Origin: Escherichia phage Esco_phi_B-01
Sequence record: OP292222.1
Strand: one strand, 5' to 3'
Length of the DNA stretch: 64,000 bases
This document shows positions 38,965-51,965 of this stretch, in pieces. Position numbers and translations under genes: made by a program. The notes below the pieces were generated by a model that saw only the letters and a program-made list of their open reading frames with translations, had not been told where the DNA came from and did no database searches. The stretch's first letter is position 1. Every line of letters starts with the position of its first letter.

Positions 38965-40247
38965 TAATCAGCCTCGTAAATAATTGCTGGAAGTTTAACA
39001 CCAAGCAGATAAGACATATTACTCTGTCCGGCCATTAAATCCATATTGGTGGCATCGATAACACGAGCTTCTTTATCGTCTTTAGCTACGGTGTACGGGT
39101 TAGCGGACAGTGCATAACGAACCATCAGAGAAATAGAAGGCTGTAATGAATCCGGGTCGACAATAACCTTATAAGCACCAACGTGTTCTGGGTCGTCTAA
39201 ATCCAGGCCTTCTGTATACGGGGCATAGAAAATAGAACCGACAACTTCATTACCGCCATAGTTCTCTTTAACACCTACGATAACATAATCCAATGGGCTG
39301 TTAACGTCACAGAACAATGGTAATCCATTCAACAAATAACCATAGGCAGTTTCTGGGAGCCAATTATTATCTTCAGGTCTATGTTTTAACCAGCCAGAAC
39401 CTGCAAGCATTGCAGCCACACGACTTGAAGCCACAACAAACGTACCGGAATAAGAAGTAGTTTTCTGGATTTCAGAATTCATCTCACAAACAATTTCATA
39501 AAGTTTACGTGCAGATTCTGGAGCACTATCATAAGTCAAATCGATGATGCCATTATCAGATACACCCGTAACTTTATAGCGTTTAGATACGGTTATCAGA
39601 GATTGCAGAACGTCTTTATTAATTTCATCTGCCATTACTGTAGCCAGGAGGTCTTCTAAGAATGCAGGGGCGTCGAAGCCATTTGATTCCATATCCTGGG
39701 CCAATTCTACAGTCAAAGCAGTCTTCAATTTACGGGTCTTAACAGGAGCATTCCATTTATTAACCTGGAATACAGCATCAGAGATTTCTACATTACTCGC
39801 TTCGAATTTAGTGGTATGGGCTGCATCAGGAACCAGACGACATGTTAATGACACCAAACCTTCTTGAAGGGCATCAGCCAATCCTGTAGCGCTAGTGGAT
39901 GCGAGTGGGCTTGCTTGAAGAGCCTTATAAACCACATTCTGATACTTAAAGTAGTCACCCTTGGCAATCGCCTGGGCTTTATCTGTGAGTTCTGGGATAG
40001 TTTCACGGTCTTTAGAACCAACTTCACCACCATAAACAGCACCAGTTTGGAAACTGAATTCATTATCAGGGGTAAGATATTTGACACCGTACAATGCAGC
40101 AATAGGCTGACTAGTACGTTGTTCAGCGATGATATCGCGATAAATTAGTTTAGTGGTAGCACGGGTCAAAGCAACAAGATTAGGGCGACCCAATGAGTTG
40201 CTGGTAGTAGTTGTTGACTCGCGCAGTAATTCGTTAATCTTTGCCAT
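38964..40247 (-). CDS. 24: gp24 capsid vertex protein
   Basis: 427 aa; N-terminus matches T4 gp24 (MAKINELLRESTTT.SNS.GRPNLVALTRATTKLIY). Confidence 0.9.
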   Translation of the reverse strand: MAKINELLRESTTTTSNSLGRPNLVALTRATTKLIYRDIIAEQRTSQPIAALYGVKYLTPDNEFSFQTGAVYGGEVGSKDRETIPELTDKAQAIAKGDYFKYQNVVYKALQASPLASTSATGLADALQEGLVSLTCRLVPDAAHTTKFEASNVEISDAVFQVNKWNAPVKTRKLKTALTVELAQDMESNGFDAPAFLEDLLATVMADEINKDVLQSLITVSKRYKVTGVSDNGIIDLTYDSAPESARKLYEIVCEMNSEIQKTTSYSGTFVVASSRVAAMLAGSGWLKHRPEDNNWLPETAYGYLLNGLPLFCDVNSPLDYVIVGVKENYGGNEVVGSIFYAPYTEGLDLDDPEHVGAYKVIVDPDSLQPSISLMVRYALSANPYTVAKDDKEARVIDATNMDLMAGQSNMSYLLGVKLPAIIYEAD

Positions 40248-40275
40248 TGCGCTTTCCTTATTGAGGGTATATGTT

Positions 40276-40283
40276 TATTTATA
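40276..40283 (-). promoter_or_regulatory. late promoter for gene 24
   Basis: Minus-strand TATAAATA about 30 nt upstream of gp24 ATG. Confidence 0.6.
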
Positions 40284-40288
40284 AAGTT

Positions 40289-40318
40289 GTTTACAGCAAG
40301 GTTCTCACGTGTTACTAT
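40289..40318 (+). promoter_or_regulatory. early-type promoter
   Basis: GTTTAC (40289-40294), 18-bp spacer, TACTAT (40313-40318). Confidence 0.5.
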
Positions 40319-40347
40319 AGTCCTATCAAAACACGAGGAGATTAAAA

Positions 40348-40614
40348 ATGAACAAATTAAACTTTATCCGTACCACGCTTTCTAACCTTGACAAAGACAT
40401 CAAAGCTCTGGTAGAAAAATTTGGTACCAATCCTAACGGTAATGCAGTTAATGCATTGGTTAAGAAATACGAAGCTCTGGCTTATGAAACCGACTTCTGG
40501 TGGAACGGCGAATACTCTACCCATACCAAAGACAAATATGGTAACTGGCTGAAAATCCAAGAAAATCGTATTGACTTCCGTGATATCATCAACCGTCGAG
40601 TTAAGATTGCATAG
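40348..40614 (+). CDS. hypothetical protein (88 aa)
   Basis: SD GAGGAG; early-type promoter upstream; terminator hairpin downstream. Confidence 0.55.
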   Translation: MNKLNFIRTTLSNLDKDIKALVEKFGTNPNGNAVNALVKKYEALAYETDFWWNGEYSTHTKDKYGNWLKIQENRIDFRDIINRRVKIA

Positions 40615-40627
40615 TACAGAAACAAGA

Positions 40628-40649
40628 ATGGGAGACCGAAGTCTCCCAT
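40628..40649 (-). terminator. hairpin/terminator downstream of gene 23
   Basis: ATGGGAGAC-CGAA-GTCTCCCAT perfect 9-bp stem; U-tract weak. Confidence 0.55.
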
Positions 40650-40663
40650 AATAAGGTTAGGTA

Positions 40664-42223
40664 TTAGATACCTTTAACATAAACGCGACGGAAGTAACCA
40701 TTCAGACCGAGGCTGTTAACGATGTCAGGCATACCGCTCTGAATACGTTTGGTAGGAGCCTGTGCAGACGGGTCAGCGAACGGGTTAATACCGATACCGT
40801 AACGAGTTTTGAAGCCCATTACCGGCTGGAAGTTCTTCGGATCGGAACCGCGCAGTGGGGTAAGTGCAACGTAAGGAGCGTAGTAGATACCTGCGTCCAT
40901 TTCGTTGGAACCTTTATAACCGATGGTGAAGTAATCAGCACGGGCATACTGGTCGATGTAAACGCGATATTTACCACCAAGAACACCGGCAAATACTGCT
41001 TTAGTGGTGTCAACGTTGAAACCTTGACCCAGACCTTGAGCTGCATAACTTACAGAAGTATCAACTGCAGCCAGTACGTTAACTACGTTACGGGAAGCGA
41101 TGATGAAGTTACCAGCACCACGACCGGTCTGACGAGCGATTTCGGCTGCTTCTTTATCAATCTGGAACAGAAGGGCTTTAAAGCTCTCACCGGCCCAACG
41201 AGCACCACGGATATCAATCGGGTCCTGGAAGTCAAACACACCAGCTTTAGCGCCAACGGTGTTGGTCATACCAGATTTACCAACCTGTGCAGAGTAGTTA
41301 ATCCAATCGATAACTTCACGGTTGATTTCGAGCATAATTTCGGTAGCAAGGATACCGGACAGTTCAGCATCTGCATCCATACCGTGTACTGCACGAAGGT
41401 CCTGTGCCAGTTCGATGGAATAGCTTGCTTTCAGCTGACGGGATTTAGCTTCGATAACTTGTTTATCGATACGGAAGCCCATTTCGTTCCACGGGTTATC
41501 CTGAGAACCGTTAAAGCCTTCCTGAAGTTCAGCGATAGAAGTAGCCATACCTTCAGCCAATTCAGCCAGCTGACCAGCTTCCAACAGAGCAGTTACGGCA
41601 ACATCCAGTTTAGCGGCATCAGTAGCAGCAGCATCAACGGTTACGGCTTCAACAGCCTGGAAGTGTGCAGCACCGGTAGCTTCGAAGAAGTGAGAATAAA
41701 TTTTACCAACTTCCAGAACTTTACCTGCAGCCAGTGCTTCAAAAGTCTGAGCAGCGCCCTGACCAGAGAACATAGCGTTCGGAGCATACATCGGGTGGAA
41801 AGCTTCTTTAGCGCCAGCAGCGATAGGGTCTTTACCGTATACTGCACGCAGTGCAAATACCTGGCCGGTAGGGTTATTCAGAGGCTGAACACCACAAATA
41901 TCAAAAGCAATCAGATGAGGAATAGCACGACGAACCATACCCATTACTGCCGGCCCAATCTGAGTTACAGCACCAGAGGTCTGGCCAGCTGCGATATTGG
42001 TAGCATCATAACCGTGGTCACCACCGATTTCAGCTTCGGTCAGGAAAGAACCAAATGCTTCAGAGATTTTTTCGTCACGATATTCAGGAGCGGTCAGAAT
42101 ATCTTGTTCCTGGTTTTCGAAAATTTTAGCGATGATAGCTTGTTTAGAAGCACCAACGATTTCAGGAAGAGCTTCGTTTTCCAGCAGAGCGGACCATTTT
42201 TGAACTAATGCATTCTTTTTCAT
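40664..42223 (-). CDS. 23: gp23 major capsid protein
   Basis: 519 aa; size, position and N-terminal region consistent with T4 gp23. Confidence 0.92.
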   Translation of the reverse strand: MKKNALVQKWSALLENEALPEIVGASKQAIIAKIFENQEQDILTAPEYRDEKISEAFGSFLTEAEIGGDHGYDATNIAAGQTSGAVTQIGPAVMGMVRRAIPHLIAFDICGVQPLNNPTGQVFALRAVYGKDPIAAGAKEAFHPMYAPNAMFSGQGAAQTFEALAAGKVLEVGKIYSHFFEATGAAHFQAVEAVTVDAAATDAAKLDVAVTALLEAGQLAELAEGMATSIAELQEGFNGSQDNPWNEMGFRIDKQVIEAKSRQLKASYSIELAQDLRAVHGMDADAELSGILATEIMLEINREVIDWINYSAQVGKSGMTNTVGAKAGVFDFQDPIDIRGARWAGESFKALLFQIDKEAAEIARQTGRGAGNFIIASRNVVNVLAAVDTSVSYAAQGLGQGFNVDTTKAVFAGVLGGKYRVYIDQYARADYFTIGYKGSNEMDAGIYYAPYVALTPLRGSDPKNFQPVMGFKTRYGIGINPFADPSAQAPTKRIQSGMPDIVNSLGLNGYFRRVYVKGI

Positions 42224-42244
42224 GTGTTGTATAACCTTATTAAA

Positions 42245-43060
42245 TTAAGAAATTCGAGATGCTGCGATTGCAGACAGGTCCGCGAAGGACAGGGTAGGCT
42301 TAGCGCCTTTTTCTTCAACTGCTTCCGAAATATAATTCAGTGCTGCAGCATCGTCTTCAGTTTTATTTATAGCGGCTTCGGTGATTGGTTTTTCAACGTC
42401 AGTCTGGCCTTTAACCATTTCAACGATAGCGCCAATTTTTTTACCAAATGCATCGGAATAATCCATGCCTTCTACCAGAGAACTAACTTTTTCTTTCTGA
42501 GATTCAGTCAGGTCTTTAGTTGCTTCAGTCAACGCAACTTCACGCTGTACGTAATTAATATATGCGTCACGCTTACCAACTTCTTCGAACAGACGAGCGG
42601 TTTCATCTTTCTGCTCTTGGAGTTCTTCTTCCATTTCAGCAACAACATCCACTGCTTCTTCTGGAACAACCACATTGTGTTCAACAAACAGTTCTTTCAT
42701 ACCCATCAACATGGATTCGAACAGTTCGGCTTTAATACCTTTATCAACAGCCAGCTGGTTTTCAGCCATCCATTCTTTAGCGACGTGGTCAAGGAAACGA
42801 CCGGCAGCTTCTTGGATTTTCTTATCAGCTTTTTCTTCAGCTTCTTCTTTATTTTTCTCAACTTCTTCTTCCGCTTTTTCAGCGATTTTAGCGATGTGAG
42901 ATTCAGCCAGTTTAACGGCGTGTTGCTTGACGGTAGCTTCGAATACAGTGCCGAAAGTTTCTTTTGCTTCCGGAGAAATATTAACTGATTCGAAAATACT
43001 GTCAAGAGCAACGGAAGCATCAATATTCTGTGCTTCGGCAATCAGTTGTTCTTTAAGCAT
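42245..43060 (-). CDS. 22: gp22 prohead core scaffold protein
   Basis: 271 aa; charged helical composition; position and size as T4 gp22. Confidence 0.8.
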   Translation of the reverse strand: MLKEQLIAEAQNIDASVALDSIFESVNISPEAKETFGTVFEATVKQHAVKLAESHIAKIAEKAEEEVEKNKEEAEEKADKKIQEAAGRFLDHVAKEWMAENQLAVDKGIKAELFESMLMGMKELFVEHNVVVPEEAVDVVAEMEEELQEQKDETARLFEEVGKRDAYINYVQREVALTEATKDLTESQKEKVSSLVEGMDYSDAFGKKIGAIVEMVKGQTDVEKPITEAAINKTEDDAAALNYISEAVEEKGAKPTLSFADLSAIAASRIS

Positions 43061-43087
43061 TTTGTAGTCCTGTTGTTTAGATAATAA

Positions 43088-43095
43088 TATTTATA
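43088..43095 (-). promoter_or_regulatory. late promoter for gene 22
   Basis: Minus-strand TATAAATA overlapping the gp21 stop. Confidence 0.6.
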
Positions 43096-43726
43096 ACGCT
43101 TTTTTCATGGCCTCTGCGAGAGCCATAAAGGCGTCATCGGCACTGGTATCGGTATCTACCGTTTGTGATTCTGTAATTTGTTTAGGAGTTACATAAGCAT
43201 CAGGAGCAGATGGACCCCATACTGCATCAACACCGACGGTTAATTTATAACCTTCGTTTACACGCTTATATCCTTTATTGGTTTCGGTTAAAGAACCTAG
43301 ACCACGAGAACTAACACCAGGCACCCAACCAGCTCTAATATTAGCAGCTAGTTTATCACCAGGACCATGGTCGCCTTCAATAATACGAGCACGTCCATAA
43401 ACGTCATTACCTTTCCACCACATATCTTCAATAATAATAGCGGCTTGCATAGGGTCGACGTTAGCACGAGGCGGATGATTTAATTCTCCTAAAGCTTGTT
43501 TAGTAGCAACCTGTTCTGCCATATAATCGGCAACAGCTTTTTCCAAAATAGGTTTTGGATAAAGGCGTTTATTACGGTTAACCACTTCGGCTTGCATGAA
43601 TATGCCTTCTATATAAAGGCCCGGGGCAAGTCCAGAATCTTTTCCATCATGAGATTCCAACATCGGAACCCCATCGATAATTTCACCTGGTTGTCCCCAA
43701 TGTTCGATGAGCAATTCAGGTTTCAT
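43091..43726 (-). CDS. 21: gp21 prohead core protease
   Basis: 211 aa; size and position as T4 gp21. Confidence 0.8.
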   Translation of the reverse strand: MKPELLIEHWGQPGEIIDGVPMLESHDGKDSGLAPGLYIEGIFMQAEVVNRNKRLYPKPILEKAVADYMAEQVATKQALGELNHPPRANVDPMQAAIIIEDMWWKGNDVYGRARIIEGDHGPGDKLAANIRAGWVPGVSSRGLGSLTETNKGYKRVNEGYKLTVGVDAVWGPSAPDAYVTPKQITESQTVDTDTSADDAFMALAEAMKKAL

Positions 43727-44154
43727 TAGTTAAGTCCAAAGGCTTTACGTTTAGAACGAGCTTTCTTACGCTTACGTTCAGCACGTACTTGAGTAGACGG
43801 GTTAGCACGTTTGGTTTTAGACGCTTTGCGAGCGATCTGACGGCGTTTTGCTTTAGACAACCCAGTCGTTTGATAAGCGTTGCGTTGACGGGTTTTAATA
43901 TCTTTAGTACGAGTAAGCTCACCTTTAGAAGAGACGTGCTTAACGATAAATTCGTTAAGAGCCATATTTTCATTCAAAGAGGCAATGGCAATAGCTGTAT
44001 CGATATCACCATCAGCAATCATGTTCTCTACAAGATTATTTATATCGCTTTTCTCGAGGGCTTCAGAAAGAGTAGCAAAACGTCCCTGTGCTTCTGGAAT
44101 TTTGGCCTCTACGCTTTCTAGAGTTAATTCGTAATCATCAGGGATAAGGAACAT
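43726..44154 (-). CDS. 68: gp68 prohead core protein
   Basis: 142 aa; N-terminus [21 protein letters not shown] as T4 gp68. Confidence 0.75.
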   Translation of the reverse strand: MFLIPDDYELTLESVEAKIPEAQGRFATLSEALEKSDINNLVENMIADGDIDTAIAIASLNENMALNEFIVKHVSSKGELTRTKDIKTRQRNAYQTTGLSKAKRRQIARKASKTKRANPSTQVRAERKRKKARSKRKAFGLN

Positions 44155-44429
44155 TATTCGTCGTCCTCGTCGTCTTCATCGTCGTCATCACCTTCATCCG
44201 CATCGTCAGATTCTTTTTTGTCTTTCTTATCTGCTTTATCGGATTTTTCGTCTTTATCTTCGTCTTCGTCATCTTTATCAGCTTCTTCGCCTTCAATCAT
44301 AACGGAGCGAGCAATTTCTGCTTTACGGGCTTCAATCAAAGCGGCTACTCGAGATTCGATAAGCGGGCCTGCTGCTTTACGAACTGCTACGAGGTCGTTT
44401 GATTTAATAGCTTCGATTAAATCTTCCAT
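44154..44429 (-). CDS. 67: gp67 prohead core protein
   Basis: 91 aa; highly acidic C-terminal tail; position as T4 gp67. Confidence 0.7.
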   Translation of the reverse strand: MEDLIEAIKSNDLVAVRKAAGPLIESRVAALIEARKAEIARSVMIEGEEADKDDEDEDKDEKSDKADKKDKKESDDADEGDDDDEDDEDDE

Positions 44430-46003
44430 TAGAAATCCTCTTCTTCTTCATCTGGGTTTTGGAAACGAGCCTCTTTAGACTCTTCTTCAATTTGCTTAGC
44501 TTCTTGATTAATTTCTTCGTCAGTCATCTGAAGGAAATCTTTCATAGCCGTTTGATGTGAAATATACTTACCAATAAATGGTTCAGCCATCGTTAGCATA
44601 TTGATTCTGCGTTCCATGATTTCCGCATCTTTCATTTCACTGAAATAGCTATCACGGTTGAACGTAACTTTAATATTATTTATTTCTCTTTCCCACTCAT
44701 CTTCTGTAATAATCTTTTTAAGAATGAGGTTTGTTTTTAATGGGTCTAAGAAAATTTCTTCAAATTTATTTTGGAGCTGGCGAATCCATTTAGCAAATTT
44801 CAACTCATCGCGAGTGATTGCTGTACCGGCATCAAACATAACGCCTGAATTAGATTCACTAGGGATACGTGACTCTGGAATACGCAGTGCACGATAAAGT
44901 GCTGTGCGGAAATAAAGAACATCATCCATATCACTCATACCAGTAGCACCTGGCATTGTATCAACTTCTGTTACCGCTTTACCGTCACGACGTTGCAACC
45001 AATAGTCTTCAGTCATGGACATATTGTGTTGTTGGTTTTTAATTTTACCGGTCGAAGCATCATACACCACACGGTTTTTCATCGTGTTCATGATATGTTG
45101 CATTTGTGCTGCAGCCTTACGTGAAGGCATATTACCTGTATCGATATAAAACACACGACGGTCAGGAGCACGTGTAATACGGTAGATGACCATTGCATCT
45201 TCCATCAATTTAAGCTGGTTTGCAGGCTTAATAGCACGTTGCAAATAGCCAATGATGTTTTTACCACAACAATCTAATAATCCAGAATGTGCATAAACTA
45301 CGGCAGCACGAGGAATTTTAACTTTAGTCCCGGCTGAATAAATGCGTCCATCAGCACAATAACTTTCATGACCAGTATCGTAAACGAAAAACTCGCGGTA
45401 CCCATCTACAATTTTAACACCATCTTCCATACGTGTAACAATTTCACGAATATATTGGACTTGGCGCGGGTCTAAGCGTCGAAGCTCTTGTACGCCATCT
45501 TTCATTTTTTTAGGGTTTATAATTTTATGAAAGAATATTCTCGAGTCCACATACCAACGTTGGAAATGGTCAGTGCCTTTACGTTGGAAATTTAAAAGAT
45601 TCAAAACTTCACTAAATTCAGCCAAAATTTTATCTTTAATTGATTGACTGAAATCTGTCCCGTCTAAATTTAATGCAACTACTTCTTTATCATCCTCGTA
45701 GACAATAGCGTCAGACACAATTTCTTGAACTGCGTTATCGACTTCATAGTTGTTCATCAAATTACGGTAGGTATCAATGAGTTCCCTGGTGTTTTTAACT
45801 TCAGGCTCATTACTACCAAACATTTGTTGCATAAGAGCGTTATAAGGAATATTTTGCTCTTGGGTTTCAATTTCGCGAGCGCCATCATCAAGCTTAGGTG
45901 CAGTGACAGACTCTAAATTGTTATTAATTTGTTGTTTATATTCTTTTTCGTCTTCATTAGCCCATGGCTTAAGAAAACTTAATATTGTATTAAAGTTTGC
46001 CAT
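44429..46003 (-). CDS. 20: gp20 portal vertex protein
   Basis: 524 aa, same length as T4 gp20; SD GGAG. Confidence 0.88.
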   Translation of the reverse strand: MANFNTILSFLKPWANEDEKEYKQQINNNLESVTAPKLDDGAREIETQEQNIPYNALMQQMFGSNEPEVKNTRELIDTYRNLMNNYEVDNAVQEIVSDAIVYEDDKEVVALNLDGTDFSQSIKDKILAEFSEVLNLLNFQRKGTDHFQRWYVDSRIFFHKIINPKKMKDGVQELRRLDPRQVQYIREIVTRMEDGVKIVDGYREFFVYDTGHESYCADGRIYSAGTKVKIPRAAVVYAHSGLLDCCGKNIIGYLQRAIKPANQLKLMEDAMVIYRITRAPDRRVFYIDTGNMPSRKAAAQMQHIMNTMKNRVVYDASTGKIKNQQHNMSMTEDYWLQRRDGKAVTEVDTMPGATGMSDMDDVLYFRTALYRALRIPESRIPSESNSGVMFDAGTAITRDELKFAKWIRQLQNKFEEIFLDPLKTNLILKKIITEDEWEREINNIKVTFNRDSYFSEMKDAEIMERRINMLTMAEPFIGKYISHQTAMKDFLQMTDEEINQEAKQIEEESKEARFQNPDEEEEDF

Positions 46004-46051
46004 TAGAGTCTCCGATGAATGGGATAAGGAGCCGAAGCTCCTTTATAATTC

Positions 46052-46059
46052 TATTTATA
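46052..46059 (-). promoter_or_regulatory. late promoter for gene 20
   Basis: Minus-strand TATAAATA between gp19 stop and gp20 start. Confidence 0.6.
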
Positions 46060-46060
46060 C

Positions 46061-46564
46061 TCATTCCCACCAATCGATAGCGAACGTAGATTCGAAAGTT
46101 TCTACCTCGTTGTTTGAATCCCAATCCATCTGGACTTCACCAACGTTAGTAGGCCATAAGCCATAAATTGTAACTTCTTTAGTCACAGTCTTACCGTCAC
46201 GATGGAACTGACGAACAACTGCTTGTTTCTTATATTCTGCAGGTGCTGCACCCGTAATTTCATTGGTCATACCATGGCAGAGGTTTTGCCAATCAACAAT
46301 TGCCTGACGGGTGTCATGGGCATCATCGTTATAAATGGTAATGGTCCAATCATCAAACGTACGGTCGCCAGCTACGTTAATTTTACGGTTCATGTAGCCA
46401 ACCGGTACTTTTTCTACAATGCCTGCCGGCATAGGTGCTGCTTTACATTTAAAGCTAAAGTTTTTACCAAGAAATGGAATTTCCACTTCGAAAAGGTTAG
46501 GGCGTGCAAAGTCACCTGACTCAAACGCACGAGTGATATCTGTCAACTCCATGGGATGCCTCAT
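46061..46564 (-). CDS. 19: gp19 tail tube protein
   Basis: 167 aa; size and position as T4 gp19. Confidence 0.85.
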   Translation of the reverse strand: MRHPMELTDITRAFESGDFARPNLFEVEIPFLGKNFSFKCKAAPMPAGIVEKVPVGYMNRKINVAGDRTFDDWTITIYNDDAHDTRQAIVDWQNLCHGMTNEITGAAPAEYKKQAVVRQFHRDGKTVTKEVTIYGLWPTNVGEVQMDWDSNNEVETFESTFAIDWWE

Positions 46565-46604
46565 AAGTCAGTTCCTGGCCACACCAGGAACGTTCTGATT
46601 AATT

Positions 46605-46612
46605 TATTTATA
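46605..46612 (-). promoter_or_regulatory. late promoter for gene 19
   Basis: Minus-strand TATAAATA about 40 nt upstream of gp19 ATG. Confidence 0.55.
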
Positions 46613-46737
46613 ACAGTTGATAAATCATATTCCTGATAGTAAATCACTCCCAGGCGCAATTCTACGTGATGTACGCTGTAACCAAACACATGGTATAATG
46701 GTTTTAGGTTCTTTATATTACAGCCTGGGATAATAGA

Positions 46738-48720
46738 TTATACTAAAGGTCCAATCAATTCATCAAAATCAGCACCAGTGCTCGTTGCAACGAAGTTCAA
46801 CGTGATGTAGTTAATAGAACGAGCAGGTTTAACATAGATATTAGCAATAAACTCATTACGGTCGATAACCGCAGGGGTGTTCACTGTAGTATCACAAACC
46901 ACACGTCCTTCATAAATCCCACCAAGTGCCTTAATACCATCTAAGTACTGAGAAACTTCCATACGGAAGCTTGAACGAGTGAAGTTATCGTTCAATTCAA
47001 ACAGTTTATATTTAGAGGCATCACCGATATTTTTCTTAAGCATGTTGAACAGACGGCGAACGTTAATATGGTCCATCGGAGATGGAACTTTAGTTGCAGT
47101 CTTATCACCAAACAATACGAAACCATCACCACCAGCAAAACCAACAACTGGGTTAATAGCTTCCTGGTACATGCGGTCACGTTGTGCTTGACGTGGTTCA
47201 ATTGCCAATTTCAGAACGTTAAGAATCTGACCACGGTTATAACCGGCAGGAGACATCCAAGGCTGAGACACATCATCAGTACGTGCACACAAACCAGCCA
47301 AATCGGCAGCCAGTGGTACCCAACGGTTTACGTCGTTATATTTGTCGTATTGATATTTATAGTTACCATCAATAGCGGCATAAGTGGTACTGATGTTCAT
47401 GTTGTTGGCATCGAAATTACCGGCACCGGTACGCCAGTCGATAAGGTTATCTACTGCACGAGTTAGTGGAACGTTAACCAACAGACCTTTAGGAGGAGAA
47501 ATAAATGCTAAGCAATCCTGACGTTCATCAGCAATACTCACAACGTGTTTCTGAACAGTAGAAGCCACTTCATCGCCTTCACCAGCAACAGCACCAGCAA
47601 TAAGCAGGTTAATATGGAGTGCTTCACGGTCGGCAAACAAATCCCAACCCTGCATCAAATCACCTGCAGTAACTTTATCGTTAGCGGAAATACCACCAGA
47701 CAGATTAATGATACCGCTAAATCCTTTCGGCCAGTTCAGAGAAGTCGCATAGATGTAATTAGAAGTACCTTTAGCGAAATAGTCGTCAAGATAAATGTTA
47801 TTACCGTAAACGTCTTTTTCACCTTCTTTGGTAGAAAGTACGACGGATTCTACGATAGCGCCATCGCGACGAACGATAATGGCATATTGGTCATCTGTTT
47901 GTGGGCCGTAATTAAATACTGCCTTGGCAATAGAAGCACGGGTACCGCCACCAGGATAAACATCCAACATTTTAGAAGAACCAGCTTCATAAGCTGCTTT
48001 AGAAACGATTTCTACTTCCAGAGTAGAACCAATTTCACCAGGATAAAGAGCCACTACGCCTGGCATAGCAAATTTCTTAAGGGCCGCTTGGAATTCAAGA
48101 GAAGTAATAGCTTCTTCACTATTCTCGGCTTCGGTCAAAAGAATACCGGAATCGGTAACAATTCGGCCAACGGTAATAGTACCGGAAACACCCGAAGAGG
48201 CGGAAGTAACTTCAGCAGTCCAAGCCGGGCCTAGGGTAGGATACTGGTTTAAAGAACGTGCGTAAGCAATAATTTTTGCTGACGGAATAAACACAGAAAG
48301 AATTTTACCGTCTGTATCTACAGAAGTCACACGACCTTCAGATTCGACTACAGTTTGGTTATATTTAATATTAATTTTATCGCCTACAGCATAGTTGGAA
48401 CCAGCCGTAGTAATAGTGGTTTCGATATTACCAGCGATAGGAGATGCGTTTTTAGCAAATTCGCGACTAACGACACGAACTGTACGAAGGTCATTACCAT
48501 ACTGGAGGAAGTTCATACCAGACATAAAGTAATCTGCTACTTCGTTATTAGGACCTCCAAACAAATCAACCAGTTCAACTTCATTGGTAATCTGAGTTAC
48601 CTGGAAAGCAGGGCCCCACTGGAATTTACCAACCAGCGCTGCACGACCCGTTGCGTTACGAACGACAGTACTCTGTACGGACGTTTCTTTGAGCTCAATG
48701 CCCGGTGATAATAAAGCCAT
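46738..48720 (-). CDS. 18: gp18 contractile tail sheath protein
   Basis: 660 aa; size and position as T4 gp18; SD AGAGGA. Confidence 0.9.
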   Translation of the reverse strand: MALLSPGIELKETSVQSTVVRNATGRAALVGKFQWGPAFQVTQITNEVELVDLFGGPNNEVADYFMSGMNFLQYGNDLRTVRVVSREFAKNASPIAGNIETTITTAGSNYAVGDKINIKYNQTVVESEGRVTSVDTDGKILSVFIPSAKIIAYARSLNQYPTLGPAWTAEVTSASSGVSGTITVGRIVTDSGILLTEAENSEEAITSLEFQAALKKFAMPGVVALYPGEIGSTLEVEIVSKAAYEAGSSKMLDVYPGGGTRASIAKAVFNYGPQTDDQYAIIVRRDGAIVESVVLSTKEGEKDVYGNNIYLDDYFAKGTSNYIYATSLNWPKGFSGIINLSGGISANDKVTAGDLMQGWDLFADREALHINLLIAGAVAGEGDEVASTVQKHVVSIADERQDCLAFISPPKGLLVNVPLTRAVDNLIDWRTGAGNFDANNMNISTTYAAIDGNYKYQYDKYNDVNRWVPLAADLAGLCARTDDVSQPWMSPAGYNRGQILNVLKLAIEPRQAQRDRMYQEAINPVVGFAGGDGFVLFGDKTATKVPSPMDHINVRRLFNMLKKNIGDASKYKLFELNDNFTRSSFRMEVSQYLDGIKALGGIYEGRVVCDTTVNTPAVIDRNEFIANIYVKPARSINYITLNFVATSTGADFDELIGPLV

Positions 48721-48749
48721 TTTGAATCCTCTTGGTTATGCTTTATTGT

Positions 48750-51059
<2,310 letters not shown>

Positions 51060-51063
<4 letters not shown>

Positions 51064-51926
51064 GGGTTTCTCCTTGGTGCTGGAGGTTCTGGTTCAACAG
51101 GCACCGGAATATCTTGTGAATATGTTTGAATGGATTTACCGTCCCATTCTTTTTCTTCTACACCTCTAGGAACTACTTCGCTATCAACCGATTCAAAATT
51201 ACCCTCAGGAGCGAGTTCTTTAGAGTTGGCAAAGAAATCAAGATAAATGGTTTTGATTTCGCCTTCCATTTCTTTAACAGGAGGATATAGCCATCCGTTA
51301 ACCTCAAACATCATAGACCATTCCAAGCGACGACGTGAAGTGGTATCGCCTTCTAATTGTTCATCCATTGCTATAGATTGGAACACAATACGAATATCAC
51401 GGTCAAATTTAATTTCGTTTGTATAGAGTTCGGTAATTGTTGTATTAAAGTGAGGTTGGAAATACGGCATAATTTGTTCCACAATCTGGAACATATCATC
51501 TTGAGTTCTAGTGTAAATACCCAGTTCAAAAATCATTTTTACTGGAGTAGGAGAATATTGGCTGACTCGTTTACGAGGGTCTCCATTCTCAAATTGAATT
51601 TGTGTTCTATTTTGAAGAGCTGTTTTGTATTGTGAGTTATAAAGCATGTCAACCATTTGGAGGTTCATACGTGGAAGAACAGTTTCAACCTTAGCTTTTT
51701 GTTCAGCCCTTTCTTTTGGCGTCATATTAGGATTTGGGATATTCTGTACTGCTGTCCACTTACCTAAATTAGCCATAAATCTTTCTTTAGAAGCATACGT
51801 AATAGGAACCTTAATAAATTTAAGCCCTGTATCTTCTCTTTGACGTGCTACTTGAACATGGGAAAATAAATCACCCATCAAAACAATATAGCGACGTAGC
51901 GAACTATTATACCAATGTCCAAACAT
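51060..51926 (-). CDS. 15: gp15 tail sheath stabiliser / tail completion protein
   Basis: 288 aa from ATG 51926 (track start is TTG); SD AGGAGG; matches T4 gp15 blocks ([25 protein letters not shown]). Confidence 0.8.
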
Positions 51927-51939
51927 CAAACCTCCTAAA

Positions 51940-51958
51940 ATGGCGCGGGATGCGCCAT
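51940..51958 (-). terminator. hairpin (terminator/attenuator) between gp14 and gp15
   Basis: ATGGCGC-gggat-GCGCCAT hairpin; on minus strand followed by TTTT then SD AGGAGG of gp15. Confidence 0.5.
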
Positions 51959-51965
51959 GTATTAT

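Noticed and set aside
41024-42208. 394-aa plus-strand ORF
   Set aside because: Antisense to the major capsid gene 23; low-complexity translation with no start signals; an artefact of a long stop-free antisense frame.
42224-42988. 254-aa plus-strand ORF
   Set aside because: Antisense to gene 22; Phe/Ser-rich low-complexity product.
47545-48234. 229-aa plus-strand ORF
   Set aside because: Antisense to tail sheath gene 18.
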